A stretch of 63,929 nt of DNA, counting the filler, from Octopus bimaculoides (lineage: Eukaryota): the NCBI RefSeq assembly GCF_001194135.2. It is 3 parts of 3 records of this genome, joined end to end, with 100 filler letters (N's around TTAATTAATTAA, not from the genome) between each part and the next. Parts side by side here need not be neighbours in the genome. Positions count along the whole stretch, not along the records: positions 1 to 21,318 come from NC_068990.1; positions 21,419 to 47,522 come from NC_068981.1; 1 more part is not named here. The stretch is one strand, 5' to 3'. Shown in pieces: positions 13,690 through 26,190 of the stretch. Under the pieces are notes generated by a model. The model was not told the DNA's origin. It ran no database searches and saw only the letters and a program-made list of their open reading frames with translations. Position numbers and translations under genes: made by a program. The stretch's first letter is position 1. Every line of letters begins with the position of its first letter.

Positions 13690-14895
13690 GGGAAAAAAAA
13701 AACAGATGGAAATCAAAGATTGCAAAGTTGTTTAACGCATTAGGCATAACACAGAAGAAATTCTATTTAAAAAAATTCTTTTCAGGAGAAATAATGGCAG
13801 AAAATACATTACCAATGGATATCTTAAAAACATGAAAGAACATTGCAAAATTAGTTATGAAAACATATATCTGCGTTCCATATTCCTTAAAGACACAGGT
13901 TAAAAAGAAGAAGATAATAATAAAGAAAAAAGGATTGGTTGCTTTTAAAGAATAATTACCTGTAAAAAAGTGTAGGGAAATGGAAGCTAGCAGCAAGCAA
14001 AATATGGGTTGGTAGGAAAGTGATAAGAAAAATCAATATATGCAAGGAAAGTAGTAGCAAGGTGTTAAATGTGTTGTAAGCATATTGAAATTCAGTCACT
14101 TAGTATCTAAGATCAAAACAAGTTGCGCAAAATGCAAATAAATAAAAACAGGAATTAGAAGATTGCTGTAATTTTTCTATTCTGTAATACATACATACAT
14201 ACATACATGAGCACATAGAGAGAGAGGGGAGAGAGAGAGGGGGGGAGAGAGAGAGCGAGAGATTGATTGGTTTATTTTGTTCTCTGAATTAAATAAGAAA
14301 ACTAAGGAAATAGACCATAACACAATCTTTCAGCTAATGAGAAAATCTGTTACAGCACTAACATTTTCTGCTTCATTAATACAATGATTTGAAGAAATCT
14401 AAAAGAATAAACTGAACATTTAACTGAAATTCAATTTAAAATTGTGAAATACTGAAACAAAGAATAAAACACGATAAAACATTTGATAAACATAATAAAC
14501 AATTGAAAATTATTAAATTGAATCAGCCTCAGAATATTGTATTCCCAAAGTACCATAGATTAGCTTCATTACTAANNNNNNNNNNNNNNNNNNNNNNNNN
14601 NNNNNNNNNNNNNNNNNNNNNNNNNNNNNNNNNNNNNNNNNNNNNNNNNNNNNNNNNNNNNNNNNNNNNNNNNNNNNNNNNNNNNNNNNNNNNNNNNNNN
14701 NNNNNNNNNNNNNNNNNNNNNNNNNNNNNNNNNNNNNNNNNNNNNNNNNNNNNNNNNNNNNNNNNNNNNNNNNNNNNNNNNNNNNNNNNNNNNNNNNNNN
14801 NNNNNNNNNNNNNNNNNNNNATTGCTTCTGTGTTATGCCTAATGCATTAAACAACTTTGCGATCTTTGATTTCCATGTTTTCTTTTTTTTTTCCT
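13690..14895. repeat. About 75-bp inverted duplicate (13690-13763 vs 14821-14895)
   Basis: GGAAATCAAAGATTGCAAAGTTGTTTAACGCATTAGGCATAACACAGAAG and its reverse complement differ at few positions. The right copy abuts a gap. Confidence 0.8.
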
Positions 14896-15101
14896 TCAAG
14901 TTAAAAGGTAAAATTTCTTGGATCACTGTATTAAGTGTACTGGCATGAACTTTACCATTTGTGATTCATACAGCAGGCATCCCGACATTTTTCTCTCTAA
15001 TCATTTACATTATCACACCTATCAGTGTCCAGTCACTAAAACTATGTCTATATATGCACGCATGAGCGTGCGCGCGTGCATGTGTGTGTGTGGGTGGGTG
15101 G

Positions 15102-15135
<34 letters not shown>

Positions 15136-15989
15136 TCATACATGTATTTCCTAGTCATCTTAAGATCTAGCAGCAGATCTGATAAGATTATATTTCATTA
15201 AGAAGATCTAATAAGACTGACAACATGTCCAAAGTTGTAACCATACTGCCAAATATAAGTCCCCATTGCATTGTACTTTTATTTATTTTTAACAATTATA
15301 CTTTCGAAATTGTGCCATCTGTCTTTCATAGACAAATTAATTATTAAGCTTCATTATGGGTATGAAATTTTAAAGAGTAAAACTTTCTTAGCTCCCTACA
15401 TTTTACATATGAGGACTTGACTTCAACTTTATTACAATTGATTAATTATGCCAAAAAAATGTGTCATTACACAATTTGTAGTTAGAGTAATGGATTTTAA
15501 AATTTGGATCATGCAATAGAAGCAGCTCTGTAATAAAAACTTTACCAGTATAACATACATAATGTATGTATGTTGTTCAGAAGCCAGAAGCTACAGTTTC
15601 CGTCCAGGAAAAATACCTTTATAAGCATATTATGTTAGAAAGAGAAACAATATACTTTAGAGTTAGGCGAAATGAAATTGCCCAGAAATGACTACAGGAA
15701 CAACACATATGGATGGATGGATATCTTTATTAACCACACAGGGCTGAACACAGAGGGGAAAAAATACAATGTAGAGCTTTTCTTTTCAAAATAAAAAAAG
15801 AGGAAAAAATTCCAATCGAAAGGGATTGTGTATCACAGAACAGAGTAAAAATGTAAAAAAACAGATTAGGTTTATCCATGGAAAGAAAAGCCTGTGAAAA
15901 AGACCACAGTAACCTCAGGGAAAAAACAAATGAGAGCAAAGTGCTCTTTCTTTTTTGGATTTATAGGATCATGCTCAAAGTGGTTTTGT

Positions 15990-17090
15990 CATTTGCGCGT
16001 ACCATCTTTGATACATTCACCCACTTTTTATTGAATCTTTCATGAAACAAAACTTGCCTCTATTCTCACCTTCCTTTTCAAGTGGTACTTGAAAAAGTTG
16101 ATGAGTGATTGGCCAGAGAGGAAAGTGTTTGTCTCTAAACCTTTCACTCGAGTTCACACACATTCTTTCATCATGGCCACCAGTACGATGAAAATTGTCT
16201 TGCCTTCCCAGTTGGCAGAGTTGCTTGAGAACATGGTGCCATTCACCTAGCCTCGGTCTCTGTTTGATCCACGACTGCAGTTCGGCCAAAGAAACGAGCT
16301 GCACTGAAAGCACACCTCACAAATGGTGACCATACCTGTTCACTGTCATCTATGAAGCACCAGAGATGCAGCATTCTCAGTGCATGTCTGTGCATCATCA
16401 ACCACGGCATGTCCAGCCCTCTATTTAGTGGGTGTTGACAGCAAATGGATTGCCTAACCATCGGAATGCTCCCCTCCTACAAAAAGCAAAAGAGTATGCA
16501 TTCCAGAGTATGGTAGGGCCGGGACCCCACTCATGCCAGGTTTCTTAACTACCTTGTCTATGACTTTGATGTCCAGACTCTTCTGAAGAGGCACCACAGT
16601 ACCACCTCCACCCATTCTTGGCAGACATGGAGAAAAATAAATGTCAAAATGTACGCTGAACATGTGCTGGACGGCCTGTGGGTTGTGGAGTTTGGTCTCA
16701 CTGATGGCTATGATATGCACATTCTGCGACTTGATGTCATTTAACAGGTAGCCTTCTTTCCAAGGCGACCCCAAGCCACGTACTGCAGTTGTATAATGTG
16801 TTCATCTTTTTTAAACATTGTCTTGCAAGCAAGCAGTTCTTCCTTCGAAAAGGACATAATTTTTTTCTTCAACTTCAAAGCTGCAGCAAAATTATTTTGT
16901 GTGTTCGTGTTGGTTGTGGTGGTGGTTATGGTGGTGGTGGTGGCAGTGTTTGTAGTAGTAAATGTTGTCTTTACTTCGTTCACATCTTGTATGGCTAGAC
17001 TGGTTTCTTGTCTGTGTGTTCAAGCGAAACGACATTCTTTTCAGCCTCCCTCATCTCCGGCTTCGGTAGTGGTGGGAAATCAATGAGAAA
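15990..17090 (-). mobile_element. Internally deleted L1/Tx1-clade LINE (ORF1-like start, APE start and post-RT region fused)
   Basis: Thr-rich ORF1-like start (16983-16790); APE motif NVHIIAISETKL (16774-16570); then MVRQSICCQHPLNRGLDMPWL...HRHALR (16461-16240), matching the 19.8-20 kb copy. Confidence 0.75.
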
Positions 17091-17555
17091 AATGCTGGCT
17101 TTGTTTGATTTAGCCATTTTCATTTAGAAGATGACAAAAGAAAACCGAAAAAGAAATTTTTTTAAATTTTGAAAATTCACCCACTGGTGGGGGGAATTTC
17201 CTATTAAAAGATTTACTTAGGTTGAAGGAGAATATGTTAAACACCTCTTTGATAAAAAAAATATTTAACAACAAACAGTTTTTTCTATACAAATGTCAAC
17301 TTACTTGGAGCCGATCTGTCAACAATCCAGATAGATAGATAGAAAGATGGATGGATGGATGGATGGACGGATGGATTTTAGTTGTAATAATGAAATTAAA
17401 TTAGATAGTACTATTTTGAATTGACTTCAATTGCAAATTCTGGTACTGTGTACCACTTCTTAGCATAACATGAAATAGGTATATATATATCGCAACTCAT
17501 TTTCACTTTTTTAGAACACTAAACTGCATTTTAACTAACTTGGCTTGTGCATCTC

Positions 17556-17755
17556 CATCATCATCATCATCATCATCGTCGTCGTTTAACATCCGCTTTC
17601 CATGCTAGCATGGGTTGGACGATTTGACTGAGGACTGGTGAAACCGGATGGCTACACCAGGCTCCAATCTGATTTGGCAGAGTTTCTACAGCTGGATGCC
17701 CTTCCTAACGCCAACCACTCTGAGAGTGTAGTGGGTGCTTTTACGTGCCACCTGC
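17556..17755 (-). mobile_element. Retroposon 3' end with (GAT)n tail (family C, RTE-tail-like)
   Basis: (CAT)n-CGTTTAAC-CCGCTTTCCATGCTAGCATGGGTTGGACG...CTGGATGCCCTTCCTAACGCCAACC is shared with 50150, 51430 and 56730. Confidence 0.85.
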
Positions 17756-18659
17756 AGGTTGTCCCGTAGAAACGTCCAGTTGTCCTATACATCGTGTGAA
17801 GCTACATCCCCTTCTATTTCGTCAAAGGCTTCGAGTAAAGCAAATCGCTTTCTGGATTCTTAGCCAGAATTCAAAACCCAGTCTAAATTTTACTCTGAGA
17901 TCTCTCCTATTGTTCTTGGCATTAGCACTCAGAAATATGATCATTTCATGTCAGATTTATTTCATAGCAGTTAACGGACGAAAAATAATTTATTTAGCTG
18001 ACCAAAATTAAGAAAAATATTATAAATAGATGACTCATATTCAGTTCTTCCTCTTTCACTCGACGCCTCACCAAAGCAGATCCTTCATCGCCTGGCACTG
18101 GCGGAAGAGGCACATCTTACATGTCATCAAGTGACTATACAACTTTCACCATCTCTACTTGTCCACCCAGGGAGGTAAATTCTTTTACTCTTTCTCTCTC
18201 CTTCTTTTATCCATCTTCTAGCAGTCACAAACAGATGAACTCAACTACCTACAAATGAACATCAGAACTACCAACAACTGTTTCTTAGCATGGCATACAC
18301 AAAAAAATAAGTATTTCCGCAAGTTACAAACAAGATTATTACAATAAGGTTGTTATAAGCTTATAGCAATATTTTTAAGTTAGCTGTTCTTTTAAAGTTA
18401 AAGTTTCTAAACAACAGAAGGACATTGCATTCTATTTTATATATATTCTTTGAATGGATGAACATTCTCAAGTACGTTTAATAAAAGCTTATCCAAGTTA
18501 TACCTTGGTAAAACATCTTGTTCATCCAATTCTGGTCGACGTTATTGATAATATGTGGCATTTGGATAAGATTTGTATTAATGTGGCTATCCATCAATCA
18601 GGCAGGCAAATATTCCAACAATTACTGAAACAACTTTATACTAGACTGATGCCTCTCAA

Positions 18660-18688
18660 TATTATTATTATTATTATTATTATTATTA

Positions 18689-18735
<47 letters not shown>

Positions 18736-18870
18736 TCCGCCGAGGTCAACTTTGCTTTTCATCCTTTCGGGGTCAGTAAATTAAGTACCAGTGAATCACT
18801 GGGGTCGATGTAATCGACTGATCCCCTCTCCCCAAAAATTTCAGGCCTTGTGCCTTTATTAGAAAGGATT
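18660..18870 (+). mobile_element. (ATT)n tract plus 3' half of SINE family B
   Basis: CCGCCGAGGTCAACTTTGCTTTTCATCCTTTCGGGGTC...GGCCTTGTGCC is shared with 23.2, 25.6, 61.0 and 63.5 kb. Confidence 0.9.
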
Positions 18871-18887
18871 ATTATTATTATTATTAT

Positions 18888-18919
<32 letters not shown>

Positions 18920-19484
18920 AGGCAGCAAGCTGGCAGAAAGCTTATAACAACCTTATTGTCTGTCTCTGTATTGTTCCCCTCATCCTTCGACCTTNNNNNN
19001 NNNNNNNNNNNNNNNNNNNNNNNNNNNNNNNNNNNNNNNNNNNNNNNNNNNNNNNNNNNNNNNNNNNNNNNNNNNNNNNNNNNNNNNNNNNNNNNNNNNN
19101 NNNNNNNNNNNNNNNNNNNNNNNNNNNNNNNNNNNNNNNNNNNNNNNNNNNNNNNNNNNNNNNNNNNNNNNNNNNNNNNNNNNNNNNNNNNNNNNNNNNN
19201 NNNNNNNNNNNNNNNNNNNNNNNNNNNNNNNNNNNNNNNNNNNNNNNNNNNNNNNNNNNNNNNNNNNNNNNNNNNNNNNNNNNNNNNNNNNNNNNNNNNN
19301 NNNNNNNNNNNNNNNNNNNNNNNNNNNNNNNNNNNNNNNNNNNNNNNNNNNNNNNNNNNNNNNNNNNNNNNNNNNNNNNNNNNNNNNNNNNNNNNNNNNN
19401 NNNGAAGAAGGGAGGGAGAGAAGAAGGGAGGGAGAGAAGAAGGGAGGGAGAGAAGAAGGGAGGGAGAGAAGAAGGGAGGGAGGT

Positions 19485-20090
19485 AACGCATCCCTGTAAC
19501 ACTGCCAGGTCAGGGGTCTTTGGTAATTATCCAAATATCCCAACCTTAAGGTGTTTTGAACAGCCTCTCCTAGAACGTCATCGCTCTTATACTCTACCAT
19601 CCCTTTATAAAATAAGGAGGTGGTATTTCCACTTCCGGCCTTGCCCGCCCTGTGGATTAGTGCGAGTGCCTTTCGATACTCCTTTTAACATTCAGTCGTA
19701 TTCTGCCTTTTTATGAAATCGGGTGTAAATTCCTCCAAGGAGGCTGGTCGTGAAAAGAATTCCTCTGCAAGCGAATTCTACACCTGGCCACCATCCACAT
19801 AGAGCCAGAGATGCCTTAGCCTCAGTGCATGCCTGCACATCAATAGCCATGGCATCCCTAACCCACCCTTTAGCGGTTCTTGGCAGCATACGGAGATTCT
19901 CACAAGCGGTTTCCTCTCCACAAAAAGCAGAAGTCGCACCAACTTGCATAGCCACGAATCAGAGCAAGGGACAACGGTCAAATGGTAGGTGATAACAGAT
20001 GCAATAAACACCTGCACCACCTCCGCCCTTCCTTTCAAGGACAGCACCCTTCCAGACCAGGTCCGGACTAAAAATCTTACACAGATGGGG
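19485..20090 (-). mobile_element. L1/Tx1-clade LINE ORF2 fragments (post-RT, zinc-finger region)
   Basis: LSLKGRAEVVQVFIASVITYHL...CCQEPLKGGLGMPWL and YQRPLTWQCYRDA. Confidence 0.8.
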
Positions 20091-20229
20091 ACATTACAAA
20101 TACATAAAGATGTTATGATGAGTTCGTATGAACATTTTAAAAATTTGAATTTCAGCTGTATACAATTTAATTTTGACTTTGTTTTTAAAACTTTTCTTTT
20201 TTTAAACAGAGGGAACGCACCCGGCAGCC

Positions 20230-20880
20230 TGTAAGGCCCAGCAACTATCTATTTCTTCCTTCCTTGATGATTAAGATGGGTTACTAACACCCACCTTTTT
20301 CATCACATCCTTCCATCGTTTTCCACACACGCTCCGCGACAGGGTTTCCTCTACAATCCCATCATGCTCTTCAGATGGTACTCGAAGTAAGTTAGCAACC
20401 CGGGGCGAGAGACGAAGGACTCTGTCACGATACCTTCCAATCTAGATCTCCATACGCACTCCTTCAATACTGCAACCGTATAGAGAAAACATGCCTCACC
20501 TTCCTTTGAGAGTCCAGCTGGCGGTACCTTCTTTATTATAGATTCAGCCGATAGCCGTACTCCCAGATGCGACAACACATGTTCTACGTAACTTAAACAA
20601 GCATGACAGCTCCCGACATTATACAAAAGCGTGATGAACGGTTTCATCGTCCAGTCCACATCTCAGACATGTCGGTGGCACTAACATTCTGTGCCTGGAT
20701 AACTTTTCGCGAACAGGTAAAGCATTCCTGTAACACTGCCAGACCAGGGGTTTTTGGTAATTATTCAAATATCCTGGCCTGACGGTCCTAAGAAACAGGT
20801 TGGCGAGTTGGTTCTCGTCGAACCCCAGAGCCCCTCCTTGGACATCATCATTTTTGTACTCTACCATCCCTCTATAGAAC
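20230..20880 (-). mobile_element. L1/Tx1-clade LINE ORF2 C-terminus (zf-RVT-like)
   Basis: WQCYRNALPVREKL...PTCLRCGLDDETVHHAFVQC...VLKECVWRSRLEG. Confidence 0.85.
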
Positions 20881-21362
20881 ATCTAAGCCTTGTAAACATA
20901 TAATAATTCTAGTGAAATACATTAACTGATTTCAAAAATAGAAATAATACATTTCTAAATCTCTGAGATTTATGCAGTAGTGATATGATAAAGTAGTTGT
21001 ATATTGTTAACTTAATGTGACAGTCCCGTGAGAGGGAATAATACTACTGCTATTTGGCCCTAGGAATCAGCACCACTTCCTGTCGGCCTTGATACATTTC
21101 CTGTGTCCTTATGTTTACAAAGGGGAGATAAGCTAAGCTAGCAGTATCACTACTGTATAAATGACTCTCAAAGCTATTGAAAAGGTTGCAAGACGCAACG
21201 AAAATTTTAGAAAAATAAAAAAGAAATAAGTGGAAATTTTACAGGTGAGTGTGTTAAATCATAAGACACTAAAAGAGAATGACTCTCCCCAGACACAACT
21301 ATATATATATATATATATNNNNNNNNNNNNNNNNNNNNNNNNNNNNNNNNNNNNNNNNNNNN

Positions 21363-21374
21363 TTAATTAATTAA
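21363..21374. other. Assembly spacer TTAATTAATTAA within a 44N+12+44N gap
   Basis: The identical 100-nt construct occurs again at 47523-47622. The 12-mer gives a stop codon in all six frames. Confidence 0.9.
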
Positions 21375-22757
21375 NNNNNNNNNNNNNNNNNNNNNNNNNN
21401 NNNNNNNNNNNNNNNNNNAATACTAAATTATCCAACCTTTTCTCTCCCCCACCCTTTTTTTTTAGCAAGATAGGATTTGAGCGCTATATGGCTGCTATCT
21501 CTAGCAAGTCCAGCGACTTCATAAAGGCTTCCTTATTGGCTTGAGTTCAAAAAATAAAAAGGGTTGTAAACAAGCATTAAATTTAAACACGTCTGAGTTA
21601 AAGGAAGAAGAAAACGTGGAAAACAGCAACAAAGCAAAATAAAATAGGTCAAAATAGTAAAAAGAAGTGTTAAAGAAATTTACACATGTGTTTAAATTTA
21701 TCTAACTAAAGCGAACTGATATTAGAGATAATATAAAATGACTATGATATTAAGGTATGTAGATTTTTCAGAATTTCCGAGTTGTACTTGTTTAGCAAGT
21801 ACCTGAGGTTTGAGAGCGTGTGTTGAAACAAACAAATTACGACATGGAAGTCTCATTTAACCCTTTGCATGTTTTGACTGTCCAAAGCACAGTACCGTCT
21901 TAAGGCATGGGCACACTGAGGCCATCTCCCCATAACCTTTGAAGTCCAACTGCTCAAGGGTCCCAATTCTAATCTATGTCTGCTGTGACTTGCCGTCATT
22001 AAATAAATACTACAGGGTCCAGTGCATTGATTTGCACTGTGTAACATGCTTTTTGTTCTTGGGTAGTAACTGTTATTTTCTATTTGCTTATTCCTAGAAA
22101 GTATGAAAAATAGCAAATATTTCCTTCGAATTTTGTTTTTGTTACATTTATTCAAACTCAAAAGAATCCTCAGCACATGGCTATGATGCTTCCCCACTTC
22201 TCCTGCTCATGATCAGAGATGCAGATATTGTCAGCCACTAAAGAACAAGCTCAATTGGTTAAGATCAAGCAACTGACAAGCAAATTTGTGGTATTGAGCA
22301 GAATATTTGCTATAAAGATATTTCTAGTTCAACAATTCAGCGTTGAATCTGTCTGAAATGTAATGGAAAATAGGTCACTTTCAAAACATTGATGTCCAGG
22401 TTACAAAAGCAAAGTTTGAAGGGAATAGTAGTCATTTCCTTTGATCTCTAGTTAGAAACAAATAGGAAATAACACTTACTAACCAAAGACAAAAAAAAAA
22501 AAATCTGATAAAAGACAGAAAAAAATTTTGTTAGTGTAATATAGCTAAGACGCCTATGTCAAAGCATTTCCGTAAGTTAGCCCTAAACGTCCATGCTTGT
22601 TTTCAGACTTTCAGTTAGTCTTTATTTCATACATTCTGAGTGATATAAAGCTTTCCTTTCATAAGTCCCAAGTTACTCTGATGGTTGAAGAAAAATTAGG
22701 GATGTGTATCGTATATGCTGCATGGACGCCAGGAAAATATGTCCTGTGTATCACATG

Positions 22758-22817
22758 TATAATGTAACTCTTTATCTGTGTATCACATGTGATACACAGG
22801 TAAAGAGTTACATTATA
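22758..22817. repeat. 60-bp spacerless palindrome (one mismatch)
   Basis: TATAATGTAACTCTTTATCTGTGTATCACA|TGTGATACACAGGTAAAGAGTTACATTATA. Confidence 0.95.
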
Positions 22818-23147
22818 TAAAGATACACAGAAACTGTTAAATTGACATTTCTTGAGATGTGAACATTATCGTCGTACATCTGCAACAACGACGGAACTGG
22901 TGTAGAAACGTAATAATTGTTCGACGAAAATTTTGACATACCAAGAAATAATGATTTTTCAGTATCTTTCTCCGTAAATGATGAATGATGCTTCAGTTTA
23001 CTTTCATTAAATTCGAACTGAATGCGCCAATATACGAATACAGAGATATATGAAAAAATAAAAATCATCTTTAAAGAGAAATCAAATAAATAAAGAAATG
23101 AAATATTTGATTCATGGGAAATATTCGTCAACTCATTTATTTAGAAT

Positions 23148-23360
23148 AAGTGGTGAGCTGGCAAATTGTTAGGGTGCAGGATAAAATGCCTAGCAGCATT
23201 TCGTCCGTCTTTACGTTTTGAGACTGTATGCCGCCGGGGTTGACTTTGCCTTTCATCCTTTCAGGGTCGATAAAATAAGTACCAGTTGAACACTGAGGTC
23301 GATGTAATCGACTTACCCCTACATGAAACTGCTGGCCTTGTGCCAAAATTTGAAACTAAT
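23148..23360 (+). mobile_element. SINE family B, near full length
   Basis: GGTGAGCTGGCA head through GGCCTTGTGCCAAAATTTGAAAC; collinear with the 63480-63690 copy. Confidence 0.85.
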
Positions 23361-24929
23361 TTATCTAAATTTGATCTCTGGCAGTACTTGTTTTAATGCA
23401 CCAATTAACAATGTCGTCATAGAAGAGTCGTCATTTTAACCATTTTAAACTCATTTACTTACAATTATTTCTTAATAATATTGCCAACAATTAAGTATCA
23501 AAATGTTTCATCGCCAACACAAATCTATTGCAAGAACCACTAGTCAAAAAGAGTACAACTCTATAATGGCTTAATATTAATAACTTCAATTTAATAATCT
23601 TTTATTTATATATATTGACACTTTTAATCCATTTAATAAATGTTTACGCGCGCGGGCGCACGCACATACATGTATGTATGTATGTATGCATGTATGTATG
23701 CATGTATGTATGTATGCCTCTTCTGTTTTTAATTTAAATTCTTCCTTTGAGGAAGAAGCTTCTCTCTAACAAAGATACAAAGCTCCATCGTTGGAATGTA
23801 GATAACGAAAACAATGTCACATTTTAAACTTGAGAAAAGTTTCGCATATTTTTACTGTTCCACTTATAGATTATATTTGTAATGTGCGAGTTAATTGGTT
23901 GATTTTTTTTTTTTTTGTGAAAATTCTTCTTTTATCCAGACTGTCATTTAGGCATTTACTTACAAAACCAAGTGCACCAATTATTATTGGTATAAATGTA
24001 TATTTGTAATCCGGATATAGAAGCTGGAGGTTTCAAAACAATTGTCCGTAGTTATCTTCTTTCACTTCGATTTCAAAAGAGACATTCACATTTACAAAAC
24101 AGCTGACGTTTATGACGGTACATACCCTTTCTTGTCTGTCTCAAACAATATCTGGCCTGTTATGCTTACACTTGACAGATGTATAAATGGGAATTTTCTA
24201 CCAGTTTGAAACCAATATTGTTAAATATAGAAATATTATTTACCAGTGATATTGACTTTCGAACGTTACAGGTTCGAATTCGAGGAAGGCTATCTGCTGC
24301 AAACACTTTATTTACGGACAGATTCCAGAAAATGCTTTAAAATAAATATCTAAAGAATCGTAATATAAATAAGTATGGATAAAATACGAAATAAGTTTCG
24401 CAGAGCAGTTAGTTATCAGTAAACTTTATTTTTTATTCAGCCAGTATGTTATCATTAGTATATAGAAAGCTTCAATTTCAAGTCAAGAGCCAGCGCAACT
24501 TAATAGATACAGTTTTGCATTTGAAATATTTTCAAGTTAGAAAACAAAAACAAAATAAAATATCTTAGATATTTCAGCTCTAGTGAACATTGAAAAGGGA
24601 CTCACATACCTTATTTATATAATGTGATGTTTATAACTTTTTATAAGTCTTAGTACTCACGGCTTATCATTGTTTTTCTTTGCTAATAAGAAATAAGAAC
24701 GATGAGAATGTAGTCTACATCGCTATCATACGAAGTCGAGTAGCTAGATAGCAGGTAGTAAACCTATGCAGAGAATGTTTGCATTTGCATCGTATTCTAT
24801 TTACAGTGAAAGCGTATTTCTCATTTAATATATGCAGTTCTTTGAAGCTATTTCAAACAAGATAATTTTATATGCTTTATTTTATTATTATTTTTTTTAG
24901 CACTTTCTGCATTATTTGCAAACATAATT

Positions 24930-25299
24930 TAGGAAAGTGGGTTATACATCATTAGATGTACACCTGGCTTTCCTATATTAAATTAGGTATTGAACGGAAC
25001 GCAGAACTCCAAACTGATCAACAACAACAATATTTATTTATGGTGGAAAATATACAGATTCCAATTGTCCGGTTTCTGAGTAGCCTGAATGTAGATGTAC
25101 TGTCCCTAGAGATGAATCGTTGGAGAGACAACTTGCTTCTTCCACACTCAATGAGAGCTTGTTTTAGACCGTCTTGCTTGTTCGCTGTCTGGCGTGGTAA
25201 GAGACAGAATAGAAGCGGGAACGCTTGGATGTTGAAATCCACGCATGCGTGGTCAAAGATGCAGCAATGGCGACTATGCCTTTTTGGCGCCATATGACG
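24930..25299 (-). mobile_element. LTR family copy (5' end lost in gap)
   Basis: Reverse complement shares CCAAGCGTTCCCGC, GCATGCGTGG, TGCGTTCCGTT and the terminal CCACTT..CCT with the solo LTR at 26191-26642, and is collinear with 63739-63929. Confidence 0.75.
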
Positions 25300-25500
25300 N
25301 NNNNNNNNNNNNNNNNNNNNNNNNNNNNNNNNNNNNNNNNNNNNNNNNNNNNNNNNNNNNNNNNNNNNNNNNNNNNNNNNNNNNNNNNNNNNNNNNNNNN
25401 NNNNNNNNNNNNNNNNNNNNNNNNNNNNNNNNNNNNNNNNNNNNNNNNNNNNNNNNNNNNNNNNNNNNNNNNNNNNNNNNNNNNNNNNTATTGCATCACC

Positions 25501-25559
<59 letters not shown>

Positions 25560-25594
25560 CATCATCATCATCATCATCATCATCATTATAGTTG

Positions 25595-25745
25595 AAAACC
25601 CTGCCGAGGTCTGTTTTGTCTTTCATCTCTCGGCTGTCGATAAAAGAAAGTACTAGAAAGTACTAGTCAAGAACTGATGTTGATGGGATAGACTAACACT
25701 ATCTCGTCAAAATGTCTGGCCTTGTACCGTATTTAGAAACAATGA
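25595..25745 (+). mobile_element. SINE family B, degenerate 3' half
   Basis: CTGCCGAGGTCTGTTTTGTCTTTCATCTCTCGGCTGTCGATAAA...GGCCTTGTAC. Confidence 0.7.
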
Positions 25746-25921
25746 TTAAGTTCAAAATGGAAGGGTAACACTTAAAGATCTTTCAGGATGTGAATTCGTT
25801 ACTGTTGAAGCACAGCTTGGAAGTTCTACCTGGAAACTGATCTCCGTAGCGAAAACACGAGCAGGCAAATAGGGAACTACAGATGTTTAGCAATATTAAG
25901 CACTGAAGAGAGAGAGAGAGA

Positions 25922-25994
<73 letters not shown>

Positions 25995-26190
25995 GAGAGA
26001 CATGTTTAATACTGTCTTGAGCGTGCGAGCGTATGTGATAATAGGGATAATAAAAGAGGAAACATTTTCCTCAGATGAACATGCGCAAAGTGGTATGCAA
26101 TTTGCTAGTTCAGAACAGCAGAGATCTTTTATAGTAGTGGTGGTAATAATCGGACGAAGAAACGATATATATGTAGGGTAATAATGGTAG

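Noticed and set aside
21319-21418. TTAATTAATTAA island in a gap (also 47523-47622)
   Set aside because: The identical 44+12+44 construct with six-frame stops is an artificial scaffolding spacer, not biology.
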